Shown here: piece by piece, positions 23,954 to 31,943 of the stretch
Layout: every line of letters starts with the position of its first letter
Position numbering within the stretch: the stretch's first letter is position 1
Assembly: GCA_017409845.1 (NCBI GenBank)
Contig: JAFQRY010000009.1
Span: 45,715-77,714 of the forward strand
Length of the DNA stretch: 32,000 nucleotides
Direction: 5' to 3'
Source of the DNA: Clostridia bacterium
GTDB lineage: Bacteria > Bacillota > Clostridia > Oscillospirales > Acutalibacteraceae
The notes under the pieces: model-generated
The model's input: only the letters and a program-made list of their open reading frames with translations
What the model was told of the DNA's origin: nothing
Database searches by the model: none
Translations under genes and position numbers: made by a program

Positions 23954-24165
23954 CAGTTATCTTTTAATCCTAAAATATAATCTGTTGATGTGTTGTAAAG
24001 CTTTGCAAGAGCAATAAGAATATCCGAAGGTATATCGCGCAAGCCGCGTTCATATCGGTTGTATTGAGGCTGCTTCATGGAAAGATATTCAGCAACCTGA
24101 GCCTGTGTAAGGTCATGGTCTTCACGCAAGTCACGGATTCTTTTGTAGTATGCCAATAACCTCAC
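23953..24165 (-). CDS. XRE-family helix-turn-helix transcriptional regulator
   Basis: 70 aa, GTG start. IRDLREDHDLTQAQVAEYLSMKQPQYNRYERGLRDIPSDILIALAKLYNTSTDYILG. Confidence 0.75.
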   Translation of the reverse strand: MRLLAYYKRIRDLREDHDLTQAQVAEYLSMKQPQYNRYERGLRDIPSDILIALAKLYNTSTDYILGLKDN

Positions 24166-24269
24166 CGCCTTTTATTACTGTTTGGTTATTGATATTTTAC
24201 CATTTGTACTATAAAATTATTCTTATTAATAACCATACGGTTATAAATGTCCGCTATGACATGCAGCAT

Positions 24270-24299
24270 AAAAAACGGGCGACCAACGGTCGCCCCTAC
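24270..24299 (-). terminator. GTAG-headed REP-like hairpin with a T-run, probable terminator of queT
   Basis: Minus strand GTAGGGGCGACCgttgGTCGCCCgTTTTTT, 18 nt after the queT stop. Confidence 0.65.
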
Positions 24300-24316
24300 G
24301 ATTGTTTTTATTGATT

Positions 24317-24823
24317 TTACTTGAATATCTTCGTTTTTTTCAATGCGTGATAAATCGGAATGCCGCCTGCAAGGCAAACAACGAGCTCGCCTGCTCCGAC
24401 TTCAAGGGCTGCAACGGCAAAAGCCGCGAGGTTCGCTTCGTTTGTCGGCATAAGAAGCGTGATTTCAGCTCCGACGATGAGTGCGTTGAAAATTACGGGC
24501 ATGACTATCGAGAGCAGCGGAAGCTCTTTGATTTTTATGTTTCTCAGCTTACGGGCAAAAAGTGCCGCAAGAAGGGTTGCAAGTGATCCGAAAACGATAT
24601 CCCATGCTCCGAAAGGGCTCGAAAGGTTGCCGATAATGCATCCGATTGTGAGACCCGGGATTGCTGCGGGTGTGAAGAGTGAAAGAACGGTCAAGGCTTC
24701 CGAAAAGCGGAACTGAATCGGTCCGTAAGCGATGCCGAGTCCTGCACTCAGATAGGTTGCCGCGGCATAAACTGCCGCAATCAACGCTCCGTGAACGAGG
24801 TTGATAATTTTTTTGTTATTCAT
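24317..24823 (-). CDS. queT: QueT-family ECF-type S component (queuosine precursor transporter)
   Basis: Start moved to ATG 24823 (MNNKKIINLVHG...), after AAAAAGGAG. Blocks GPIQFRFSEALTVL, WDIVFGSLATLLAALF and GELVVCLAGGIPIYHAL match the QueT family as I remember it. The track's longer ORF would start inside repeat copy E. Confidence 0.65.
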   Translation of the reverse strand: MNNKKIINLVHGALIAAVYAAATYLSAGLGIAYGPIQFRFSEALTVLSLFTPAAIPGLTIGCIIGNLSSPFGAWDIVFGSLATLLAALFARKLRNIKIKELPLLSIVMPVIFNALIVGAEITLLMPTNEANLAAFAVAALEVGAGELVVCLAGGIPIYHALKKTKIFK

Positions 24824-24855
24824 TTTATGCTCCTTTTTGCTGCCGTGCAGCGCCA

Positions 24856-25133
24856 TAGGGTGATAGGAACAATCTAAACTATGCCCAAAAGCTAATCTTT
24901 TCATTGCTTTTCGGTGTCTCGGGTATGAAAGGCGTCAGCCTTCCTGCACCCTCACCATCCAAAAATCATTCGAAAATCTTCAGCTTTCGGGTCAAAGATT
25001 TTTTATCGAGAAGATTTTTGGCAATTCAAGGCACAAAACGGAGCAAATCCTTGACGGATTTGCGAGTATTTTAACGAAGAAGTGACGAAAATAATCCGAT
25101 AAAAAACACAGTTTGGATTGTTCCTGTCACCCC
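24856..25133 (-). repeat. About 278-bp TIR-bounded structured repeat (MITE-like), copy E, inverted relative to copy D
   Basis: The reverse complement aligns end to end with 19479-19757. Long identical blocks include CGTTAAAATACTCGCAAATCCGTCAAGGATTTGCTCCGTTTTGTGCCTTGA and GAGGGTGCAGGAAGGCTGACGCCTTTCA. Its own ends are inverted repeats (tagggtgataggaacaatctaaactatg / cacagtttggattgttcctgtcacccc). Confidence 0.7.
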
Positions 25134-25203
25134 GGTTTTGTTTGACACCGAGCAGGTGTCCGTCAGGAAGGTTTCGAACTGACGATTTTATGCTCTGTCT
25201 GTA

Positions 25204-25989
25204 TCAAAGATATTCCGCAAGTGCTTTGAGGTTTTCAACTGCAACGCTTGCTCTGATATCTGAATTTGCATATTCTTCGGGAGATGTAACGCCGCTGTAA
25301 ACAAGGGCACAGGGGATGCCGTGATTCATGCCGATGGCAATATCGGTTGCAAGTCTGTCGCCGACAAAGGCAAGCTCCTCACGCTCACAGCCGAGCATTT
25401 CGGTAATATAATCAACGGTTGCAGTCATGGGCTTGCCGAGCACAACGGGTCTTTTGCCCGTCGATGCGGCGAAAAGCTCAATCATAGAGCCGGTATCGGG
25501 CATGTAGCCGTCGGCAGTCGGGCAGTTGAGGTCGGGATGAGTTGCAAGATAAATTGCTCCCTTGTCAATATATTTAACAGCATCCCACATTTTCTGATAT
25601 GTGAGAGTGGTGTCGAATCCGAGCACAACGATATCGGGGTCAGCATCAACAAGATTGATGCCCGCAGCCTTGAAATCGCCCGTGAGTCTTTCGTTACCGA
25701 GAAGAAAAACCTTCTTGCCTGCATAATTGCGGTTAAGATAATCAGCGGCAACATGTGAGGAAATGATAACTCTCTTTTCGTCAACGGGGAAGCCCATTTT
25801 TTCGAGCTTTGCTCTGCAGACCTCAACATTATTTGAAGAATTGTTGGTGAAAAAATAAAAATCTCTGCCGCTTTCCTTAACTTTTTCAATAAAATCCTTG
25901 GAACCGTCAATAATATTTCCGTCAAGATAGAAGGTTCCGTCCATATCAATGATAAAATATTTTGTTTTTGCAAATATCGGACTGCTCAT
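25204..25989 (-). CDS. HAD-superfamily subfamily IIA phosphatase (NagD/YutF-like)
   Basis: 261 aa. FIIDMDGTFY, FFTNNSS, LGKP, FVGDRLATDI motifs. Confidence 0.85.
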   Translation of the reverse strand: MSSPIFAKTKYFIIDMDGTFYLDGNIIDGSKDFIEKVKESGRDFYFFTNNSSNNVEVCRAKLEKMGFPVDEKRVIISSHVAADYLNRNYAGKKVFLLGNERLTGDFKAAGINLVDADPDIVVLGFDTTLTYQKMWDAVKYIDKGAIYLATHPDLNCPTADGYMPDTGSMIELFAASTGKRPVVLGKPMTATVDYITEMLGCEREELAFVGDRLATDIAIGMNHGIPCALVYSGVTSPEEYANSDIRASVAVENLKALAEYL

Positions 25990-26098
25990 ATGATTAACTC
26001 CTTAGCTGATATTCAAAAGTGTGACTTTTTGGAACATTTTTTAATTGTCGGTTGAAACGGCGGTATAATTGTTTCAGTTTATTACGGAAGGTGATTTT

Positions 26099-26509
26099 GT
26101 GGGCGATTTTTTATCTCCCGAGCGCAGCTTGCTTGGTGAAATACTTCACGATTTCAGAAAAGAAAACGGATATACACAAAAAGAAATATCCGATTATCTC
26201 GGCGTTGACCGTTCGACTTATGCAAAATACGAGTCAAACCGAAAGCCCGAGCTTGATATTATTATTCAGCTTGCCGCATTTTACGGAGTTTCGGTTGACG
26301 GATTTCTCGGCGATTACCGTGACAAAACGGTCAGCGGAAAAAATGTTGAGCCGTTTTCAAAGGTTTCCTCTCCCGAAAGCGGTGAAAACGGAAGCTGCCT
26401 TTCACTTGAGGAGCTCAGACTTCTCAATCTTTTCAGAAAAAGCATCCGTAAAAATGAAATCATCAGCTTCGCACGCAGGATTGCATCTGAAGACAGCGAT
26501 TCCAAATAA
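26099..26509 (+). CDS. XRE-family helix-turn-helix protein with a C-terminal extension
   Basis: GTG 26099 follows GGAAGGTG; the track's TTG start at 26069 overlaps a TATAAT box. LHDFRKENGYTQKEISDYLGVDRSTYAKYESNRKPELDIIIQLAAFYGVSVDGFLG. Confidence 0.7.
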   Translation: MGDFLSPERSLLGEILHDFRKENGYTQKEISDYLGVDRSTYAKYESNRKPELDIIIQLAAFYGVSVDGFLGDYRDKTVSGKNVEPFSKVSSPESGENGSCLSLEELRLLNLFRKSIRKNEIISFARRIASEDSDSK

Positions 26510-26525
26510 TAAAAACCGACAAATA

Positions 26526-26553
26526 CCCTCTGTCATTGACAGAGGGCTTTTTT
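26526..26553. terminator. Bidirectional terminator between convergent genes
   Basis: CCCTCTGTCAtTGACAGAGGG followed by cTTTTTTg. Confidence 0.8.
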
Positions 26554-26557
26554 GTTA

Positions 26558-27352
26558 TTATTCTTCAATTACGGGGATATCTGCAGTCTGCACGGGAGGC
26601 TCGATTTTGCCTGTTACGTTTCTGATGTTGCTGCGTGCACCCTGAATTTCAGCAAGGCTTGTTGAAATTGCTTCGTCTGCTGTTTTCATTATATCCTCGA
26701 TGAAGTCACCTGCAGCAATTCTGATTTCGGCAGACCACTTGTTTGCCTTGTCGATTGCTTCATCCGAACGGCGTCTTGCATCCTCGATGGTTCTTTCAGC
26801 CTGCTCTGTTGCGGCGGTGACAATGTTTTCTGCCTGAGCCTTTGCACCTGCAAGAGTGGATGCTGCTTCTTCCTGAGCAGCAACGGTGATTGCTTCGGCA
26901 GTAGCCTTTGACTGAATAACGATTTCGCTGCTGTCAACCATGGCTGCAGCCTCAAGCTGTGCGTTGGCACGGATGATTTTTGCATCCTCGTTTGCAGTAT
27001 TGATAATCTGCTTTGCCTGAGCTTCAGCCTCAGCAACCTTATTCTTTGAATAATCTTCAGTTTTGAGAACAAGGGCACGGACCTTGTCTTCTGCGGTTGA
27101 AATAAGAGCTCTTGACTTTTCCTGAGCACCCGTTACGGCGTTGACAGCCTCATCCTTGGCTTTGATGAGGATGTTGTTTCTGTCGGCAACGATAGCTCTT
27201 GCCTGGGTGATTTCGTTGGGAAGGTTGAGTCTGATATCCTCAATCGCAGTTCTGATAGCGGCGGCATCAACACCGATTTTGCTTGAAAGGGGAACCTTGG
27301 TGCCTGCCTCAAGTATATCTTCAATCTGGTCAAGTAAATTTTCAATATTCAT
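26558..27352 (-). CDS. Ala/Glu-rich coiled-coil protein (ATPase-subunit-b/H-like annotation class), function unknown
   Basis: 264-aa low-complexity helical protein (AEAEAQAKQIINTANEDAKIIRANAQLEAAA...). The start overlaps the coaD stop by 4 nt, so it is co-transcribed with rsmD-coaD. Confidence 0.5.
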   Translation of the reverse strand: MNIENLLDQIEDILEAGTKVPLSSKIGVDAAAIRTAIEDIRLNLPNEITQARAIVADRNNILIKAKDEAVNAVTGAQEKSRALISTAEDKVRALVLKTEDYSKNKVAEAEAQAKQIINTANEDAKIIRANAQLEAAAMVDSSEIVIQSKATAEAITVAAQEEAASTLAGAKAQAENIVTAATEQAERTIEDARRRSDEAIDKANKWSAEIRIAAGDFIEDIMKTADEAISTSLAEIQGARSNIRNVTGKIEPPVQTADIPVIEE

Positions 27353-27849
27353 TTTGAAAACCTGTTCCTTTCTTTTATTCGTCTGATTATATCTTCACAT
27401 ATTCCGGCAGGGACAAATTCGCTTATATCTCCGCCGAACTCACAAACCTGTTTTACTACGCTTGAAGAGAGATACATATTCTCTGCGTTTGCCGTGAGGA
27501 ATACCGTTTCAAGCTCGGGGTTGAGCTTTTTATTGGTCAGTGCCTGCTGGAATTCATATTCAAAATCCGAAACCGCACGAAGACCCTTGACAACGGCACA
27601 TGCACCCTTTTCCTTTGCGTATTCCGCAAGAAGTCCGCAATGCATTTCAATTTCAACATTGTCAATATCGCTCAGACTGCGTTTGAGAAGCTCAACTCTT
27701 TCTTCAACAGTGAATAAGCCTTCACTTTTGCTGCGGTTGATCATAACGCAGACGATGACCTTGTCAAAAAGCTTTGCCGCACGGTGAATAATGTCGATAT
27801 GACCGATGGTAACGGGGTCAAAGCTGCCCGGACAAATAGCCGTTTTCAT
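27349..27849 (-). CDS. coaD: Phosphopantetheine adenylyltransferase
   Basis: 166 aa. AICPGSFDPVTIGHIDII..., typical length and motifs. Confidence 0.95.
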   Translation of the reverse strand: MKTAICPGSFDPVTIGHIDIIHRAAKLFDKVIVCVMINRSKSEGLFTVEERVELLKRSLSDIDNVEIEMHCGLLAEYAKEKGACAVVKGLRAVSDFEYEFQQALTNKKLNPELETVFLTANAENMYLSSSVVKQVCEFGGDISEFVPAGICEDIIRRIKERNRFSK

Positions 27850-27853
27850 TGAA

Positions 27854-28390
27854 TCAGTCCTTCCGATAAACGGTTACGGCCGTTTTGCTGTATTTATATT
27901 CTCTGTATTTTTTCAGACCGCCGATTTCATCCTCAAGCTCTTCCCTGAAGGGATGCTCGCAGATAACAACACCGCCTTCGGCAATGCTTGCATCAATTTT
28001 TGAGAGAGCCTTCTGAAGAAGCCCTGTTTCATAGGGCGGGTCGAGAAAAGCGATGTCAAAAATCTGGTTGGTCATGGTGAGAAATGCGATTGAATCCGTC
28101 TGTGCTACGGTTGCAAGGGAATCGAGCTTTGTTTTCGCAAGATTCTCTTTTATGATTTTGACAGCATTTTTATCGGCATCAACAAAAACCGCATTTTTTG
28201 CACCTCTGCTGAGAGCCTCTATTCCGAGCTGACCCGAGCCTGCAAACAAATCAAGAATTCTGCGTCCTTCAATTTCAAACTGAATCGCACTGAAAACAGC
28301 TTCCTTAACTTTGTCGGATGTGGGTCTTGTGTTATCGCCTTCAAGAGTTCTGAGTGTCATTCCTCTTGCACTGCCTGTAATTACTCTCAT
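27854..28390 (-). CDS. rsmD: 16S rRNA (guanine966-N2)-methyltransferase
   Basis: 178 aa. MRVITGSARG...LDLFAGSGQLGIEALSRGA...FLDPPY. Confidence 0.9.
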   Translation of the reverse strand: MRVITGSARGMTLRTLEGDNTRPTSDKVKEAVFSAIQFEIEGRRILDLFAGSGQLGIEALSRGAKNAVFVDADKNAVKIIKENLAKTKLDSLATVAQTDSIAFLTMTNQIFDIAFLDPPYETGLLQKALSKIDASIAEGGVVICEHPFREELEDEIGGLKKYREYKYSKTAVTVYRKD

Positions 28391-28506
28391 TTGCTGTCCT
28401 CCGCAGATATACTTTCAGATAAAGTATCACTTTATTATCGCACTAAATATGATTAAATGTCAAGATAAAATGTTAATATAAGGTAAAAAAGTTGTAAAAT
28501 CAATTG

Positions 28507-30348
28507 TTACCCGTCTGTATTTTTGCCGTGAAAAGCCTCAAAAACCGCCTTTGCGGCATTTTTATTCATGCCCCTGACTGCCGCAAGCTCTTCTTCGGAT
28601 GCTTCCGAAACGGCTTTCACCGTTTTGAAATGCTTTAAAAGAGCCTTGCATCGGCTTTCTCCTATGCCTTCGATTGAAGTGAGAGTTGACGAAAGAGCTG
28701 ATTTCTTTCTGCGGCTTCTGTGATATTCGATTGCATAGCGGTGGACCTCCTCCTGAATGGTTGAAACAAGGGTGAATGCCGCACGCTTTGATGTGAGTGA
28801 AAGCTCATCTCCCGAGAGTGCGATTGCTCTTGTTTTGTGGTGAGAATCCTTTACCATGCCGAAAAGGGGAATATCAAGACCGTATTTTTCGAGCACGGGC
28901 TTTACCGCATTGACCTGACCGCTTCCGCCGTCAAGCAGGATAAGGTCGGGCAGTCTGCCGAAGCCCTCGCCGCTGTCTTTTTCCTCAAAGTAGCGAAGGA
29001 TTCTGCGTTCGATAACCTCTGCCATTGAAGCATAGTCATCCTGACCCGAAAAGCCCTTGATTGCAAAGCGTCTGTAAGATTTTTTATAAGGCATACCGCC
29101 CTTGAAAACCACCATGCCTGCAACATTTTCGCTGCCTGCGGTGTGCGAAATATCATAGGATTCGATGAATTCGGGAGGAGCCTTCAGACCGAGCAGAGTG
29201 CCGAGTTCATCAAGTGCGGCGGTGGATTTTCCTGTTTTGCCGAGATAGATTCCGAGCTTCTGTGCTGCATTTGAACGGCACATTTCCATGAGGGAGTGCT
29301 GCTCTCCTCTTTGAGGAATAACGATGCTGACCTTTCTTTTTGCAAGCGACGAAAGCCATTCACAGAGCACTCCGCTGTCGGCAACCTCGCCGTCAATTGC
29401 GATTCTTCTCGGTACAAAATCCCTTATTGAATAATAGCTTCTTATCAGCTCATGCCGTGCCCCGGGCATATCCTCGGGCAGGTCGATGATGAAATGCTCG
29501 GTGTCATAAAGCCGTGCATCCCTGAAGCGGATGACGGAAAGACATGCCTTTGTTTCCGAGCATACCACGGCAAAAACATCCTGCTCCTCAACCGAAGCGG
29601 CAACAACCTTCTGCTTTTCCGTTACTTTTTTTATGGCGTTGATTTTATCCCTGATTTTTGCAGCTTTCTCAAATTCAAGATTTTCAGAGGCTTCAAGCAT
29701 TTTTGCGGTCAGGTCATCAACCGCTTTTCCCGAGCCGTTGATAATGAAATCCAATGCACGGTCAACCGCCTCTGAATGCTCTGCCTCGCTCATTTTACCT
29801 GCACACGGAGCGGCACACTGACCGATAAAAAAATTAAGGCAGGGTCGGCTTTTGTTGAAATCCCTCGGAAAAACCTTTGTGCATTGAGGAAGAAGAAAAA
29901 TCTTTTTCGCAGTGTCGATTGCATTTGTTATACCGTAGGAATTTGTATAAGGTCCGATATATTCCGCACCGTCGTCGAGCCTTTGCTTGACTGCGGTGAA
30001 ATTTTTCCAGCCGTTTTTTGTTACTTTTATATAGTGATAACCCTTGTCATCTTTAAGAAGGATGTTGTATTTCGGGCTGTGCTGCTTTATTAACGAGCAT
30101 TCAAGAATGAGAGCCTCGAATTCGCTGTCGCAGAGAATATAGTCGAAATCCTCAACGTTTTCAACCATTCTGCGTACCTTGATCCACATGACGTTCTGTG
30201 AACCGAAATAGGAGCTGACACGGTTTTTGAGTGCCTTTGCCTTGCCGACATAGATTATTTCACCCTTTTTGTTTTTCATAAGATAAACACCGGGAGTCAG
30301 CGGAAGCGACATTGATTTTTTTCGCAGATATGGAATTCTTTCGTTCAT
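28507..30348 (-). CDS. uvrC: Excinuclease ABC subunit C
   Basis: Start moved to ATG 30348 (MNERIPYLRKK...), after GAGGTGAAAAGA. GIY-YIG domain (PGVYLMKNKKGEIIYVGKAKALKNRVSSY), endonuclease domain and C-terminal (HhH)2. Confidence 0.95.
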   Translation of the reverse strand: MNERIPYLRKKSMSLPLTPGVYLMKNKKGEIIYVGKAKALKNRVSSYFGSQNVMWIKVRRMVENVEDFDYILCDSEFEALILECSLIKQHSPKYNILLKDDKGYHYIKVTKNGWKNFTAVKQRLDDGAEYIGPYTNSYGITNAIDTAKKIFLLPQCTKVFPRDFNKSRPCLNFFIGQCAAPCAGKMSEAEHSEAVDRALDFIINGSGKAVDDLTAKMLEASENLEFEKAAKIRDKINAIKKVTEKQKVVAASVEEQDVFAVVCSETKACLSVIRFRDARLYDTEHFIIDLPEDMPGARHELIRSYYSIRDFVPRRIAIDGEVADSGVLCEWLSSLAKRKVSIVIPQRGEQHSLMEMCRSNAAQKLGIYLGKTGKSTAALDELGTLLGLKAPPEFIESYDISHTAGSENVAGMVVFKGGMPYKKSYRRFAIKGFSGQDDYASMAEVIERRILRYFEEKDSGEGFGRLPDLILLDGGSGQVNAVKPVLEKYGLDIPLFGMVKDSHHKTRAIALSGDELSLTSKRAAFTLVSTIQEEVHRYAIEYHRSRRKKSALSSTLTSIEGIGESRCKALLKHFKTVKAVSEASEEELAAVRGMNKNAAKAVFEAFHGKNTDG

Positions 30349-30384
30349 TCTTTTCACCTCGTTTGCAGCTGAATTGATATTTAT

Positions 30385-30413
30385 ATTATATACTTTAAAA
30401 TTGTTTTTCGCAA
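30385..30413 (-). promoter_or_regulatory. Sigma-A-type promoter for uvrC
   Basis: Minus strand TTGCGA (30413-30408), 17 nt spacer, TATAAT (30390-30385). Confidence 0.5.
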
Positions 30414-30428
30414 TAGTGAAAATTTCTC

Positions 30429-30457
30429 TTGACAATCGGTGAATATTCTGTTAAAAT
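30429..30457 (+). promoter_or_regulatory. Sigma-A-type promoter for rpsF-ssb-rpsR
   Basis: TTGACA (30429-30434), 17 nt spacer, TAAAAT (30452-30457). Back to back with the uvrC promoter. Confidence 0.6.
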
Positions 30458-30551
30458 AAAAAACCGCTGTGAAAAGACAGCAGGATTAATCGAATTTTTA
30501 TCCTTGCCACGGATGCACCGTGGCCAAAGACCAGAAGGAGGTGCTTTAAGA
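30458..30551 (+). promoter_or_regulatory. Structured 5' UTR of rpsF (candidate S6:S18 autoregulatory leader)
   Basis: Two hairpins, GCTGTgaaaagACAGC (about 30466-30483) and GCCACGGatgcaCCGTGGC (30506-30524). The second ends 12 nt before the GGAGG RBS. Confidence 0.35.
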
Positions 30552-30842
30552 ATGTCAGCAAACATCAGCTATGAGACAATGATGGTTTTTTCAGTTGCCA
30601 ACGGCGAAGAAGCTGTTCAGCCTCTCATGGAGAAATTCAAGGCTATGATCGAAGCTAACGGCACTCTTGAGAGCGTTGACGAATGGGGCAAGCGCAAGCT
30701 CGCATACCTCATCAACGACGAAGCAGAGGGTTACTACGTTCTCTTCAATTATCAGGCAACACCTGAATTTCCCGCAGAGCTTGACCGTGTTGTAAAGATT
30801 ACAGACGGTGTGCTTCGTTCACTCATTGTCAAGAAGAACTAA
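30552..30842 (+). CDS. rpsF: 30S ribosomal protein S6
   Basis: Start at ATG 30552 after GGAGGTG. ...YETMMVF......EKFKAMIEANGTLESVDEWGKRKLAYLINDEAEGYYVLFNY. Confidence 0.95.
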   Translation: MSANISYETMMVFSVANGEEAVQPLMEKFKAMIEANGTLESVDEWGKRKLAYLINDEAEGYYVLFNYQATPEFPAELDRVVKITDGVLRSLIVKKN

Positions 30843-30854
30843 GGAGGTCGCAAA

Positions 30855-31298
30855 ATGTTAAACAATGCCGTTGTAATGGGCAGACTTGTTGCAGACCCCG
30901 AGCTTCGCACTACAGGAAGCGGAATTTCCGTATTATCCTTCACGGTTGCCGTTGACAGAGGCTTTGTCCGTCAGGGCGAAGAGCGTCAGGCAGACTTCAT
31001 TGATATCATTGCATGGAGACAGACTGCTGAGTTTATCAGCAAATATTTCCGCAAGGGCTCAATGATTGCTGTTCAGGGTCGCATCCAGACCAGAACCTAT
31101 GAAGACAGAAACGGAAACAAGAGAAAGGCTGTTGAAATAGTTGCAGATAATGTAAGCTTCTGCGGCTCCAAGTCAGAAAGCGGAACAAATGCTTTCTCGA
31201 GAGATGACAGCTATGCAAATGCTCAGCCCGCACCCTCATATTCGACTGCGGACGAGGGCGATTTCAAGGAAATTCCCGAAGACGATCTCCCGTTCTGA
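30855..31298 (+). CDS. ssb: Single-stranded DNA-binding protein
   Basis: 147 aa. MLNNAVVMGRLVADPELR OB fold and acidic C-terminal tip DDLPF. Confidence 0.95.
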   Translation: MLNNAVVMGRLVADPELRTTGSGISVLSFTVAVDRGFVRQGEERQADFIDIIAWRQTAEFISKYFRKGSMIAVQGRIQTRTYEDRNGNKRKAVEIVADNVSFCGSKSESGTNAFSRDDSYANAQPAPSYSTADEGDFKEIPEDDLPF

Positions 31299-31335
31299 GA
31301 TCGCATAAACTGAAACTGAAAAGGAGGTTAATACC

Positions 31336-31581
31336 ATGGCTTACGACAAAAGCGAAAGAAGACCCAACAAGAAGGGTCGCAGAAAGGTTTGTGCTTTCTG
31401 TGTAGATAAGGTTGAATGCATCGACTACAAGGATGTAAACAGACTCAACAAGTTCACTTCAGACAGAGCAAAGATTCTTCCCCGCCGTGTTACCGGAACT
31501 TGCGCTAAGCATCAGCGTGAGCTGACAACCGCTATCAAGCGTGCACGTCAGATTGCTCTTCTTCCCTACACAAGTGACTGA
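31336..31581 (+). CDS. rpsR: 30S ribosomal protein S18
   Basis: 81 aa. KKVCAFC...[50 protein letters not shown]. Confidence 0.95.
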   Translation: MAYDKSERRPNKKGRRKVCAFCVDKVECIDYKDVNRLNKFTSDRAKILPRRVTGTCAKHQRELTTAIKRARQIALLPYTSD

Positions 31582-31585
31582 TTAT

Positions 31586-31623
31586 AAAAAAACGCTCCGT
31601 ACCTTCGGGTACGGAGTTTTTTC
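31586..31623. terminator. Bidirectional terminator shared by rpsR (+) and the small-peptide array (-)
   Basis: aaaaaaCGCTCCGTACCttcgGGTACGGAGttttttc. Confidence 0.85.
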
Positions 31624-31652
31624 TTTGTAAGCGGTGATATTGAATTTTAAAA

Positions 31653-31730
31653 TCAGAATACTCTGCAGATGATTGCCACTGCCATTACCGCTGCCACGCA
31701 AATGATTGCTGTTGTTGCTACTGTTACCAT
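31653..31730 (-). CDS. 25-aa hydrophobic peptide, copy 1 (MVTVATTAIICVAAVMAVAIICRVF)
   Basis: Below the ORF-track cutoff; hand-translated. GAGGAGG lies 8 nt upstream of the ATG. Single predicted TM helix. Confidence 0.55.
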   Translation of the reverse strand: MVTVATTAIICVAAVMAVAIICRVF

Positions 31731-31758
31731 TCTTATATCCTCCTCGTTTTTCTTTTAA

Positions 31759-31836
31759 TCAGAATGTTCTGCAGATGATTGCCACTGCCATTACTGCTGC
31801 CACACAAATGATTGCTGTTGTTGCTACTGTTACCAT
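31759..31836 (-). CDS. 25-aa hydrophobic peptide, copy 2 (MVTVATTAIICVAAVMAVAIICRTF)
   Basis: Hand-translated, same RBS. Differs from copy 1 by two synonymous changes (tgc/tgt, gcg/gca) and one V-to-T codon. Confidence 0.55.
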   Translation of the reverse strand: MVTVATTAIICVAAVMAVAIICRTF

Positions 31837-31865
31837 TCTTATATCCTCCTCGTTTTTCTTTTTAA

Positions 31866-31943
31866 TCAGAATGTTCTGCAGATGATTGCCACTGCTGCTA
31901 CGACTGCTACGCAAATGATTGATGTTGTTACTACTGTTACCAT
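31866..31943 (-). CDS. 25-aa hydrophobic peptide, copy 3 (MVTVVTTSIICVAVVAAVAIICRTF)
   Basis: Hand-translated. GAGGT lies 7 nt upstream. Substitutions relative to copies 1 and 2 are all small or hydrophobic (A5V, A8S, A14V, M16A), plus synonymous changes. Confidence 0.5.
   Translation of the reverse strand: MVTVVTTSIICVAVVAAVAIICRTF

Noticed and set aside
24824-24905. preQ1 riboswitch upstream of queT
   Set aside because: I looked for the preQ1-I stem-loop with an A-rich pseudoknot tail and for preQ1-II features. Only a 5-bp hairpin followed by the RBS is present. This is kept as a finding to check by covariance model, not called as a feature.
19479-25133. Composite transposon bounded by the two inverted 280-bp repeats
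   Set aside because: The cargo is sporulation and housekeeping-type genes (ylbJ, yqfC, yqfD, padR, queT) with no transposase. The repeats are non-coding, and no matching target duplications flank the outer ends. Independent MITE-like insertions explain the pattern better.
30349-30551. N-terminal extensions in the ORF track (uvrC from 30435, rpsF from 30429; likewise 7922, 10981, 22914, 24904, 26069)
   Set aside because: The extended starts lack RBSs and overlap promoter boxes or repeats. Internal starts with GGAGG-type RBSs give N-termini that match the protein families.
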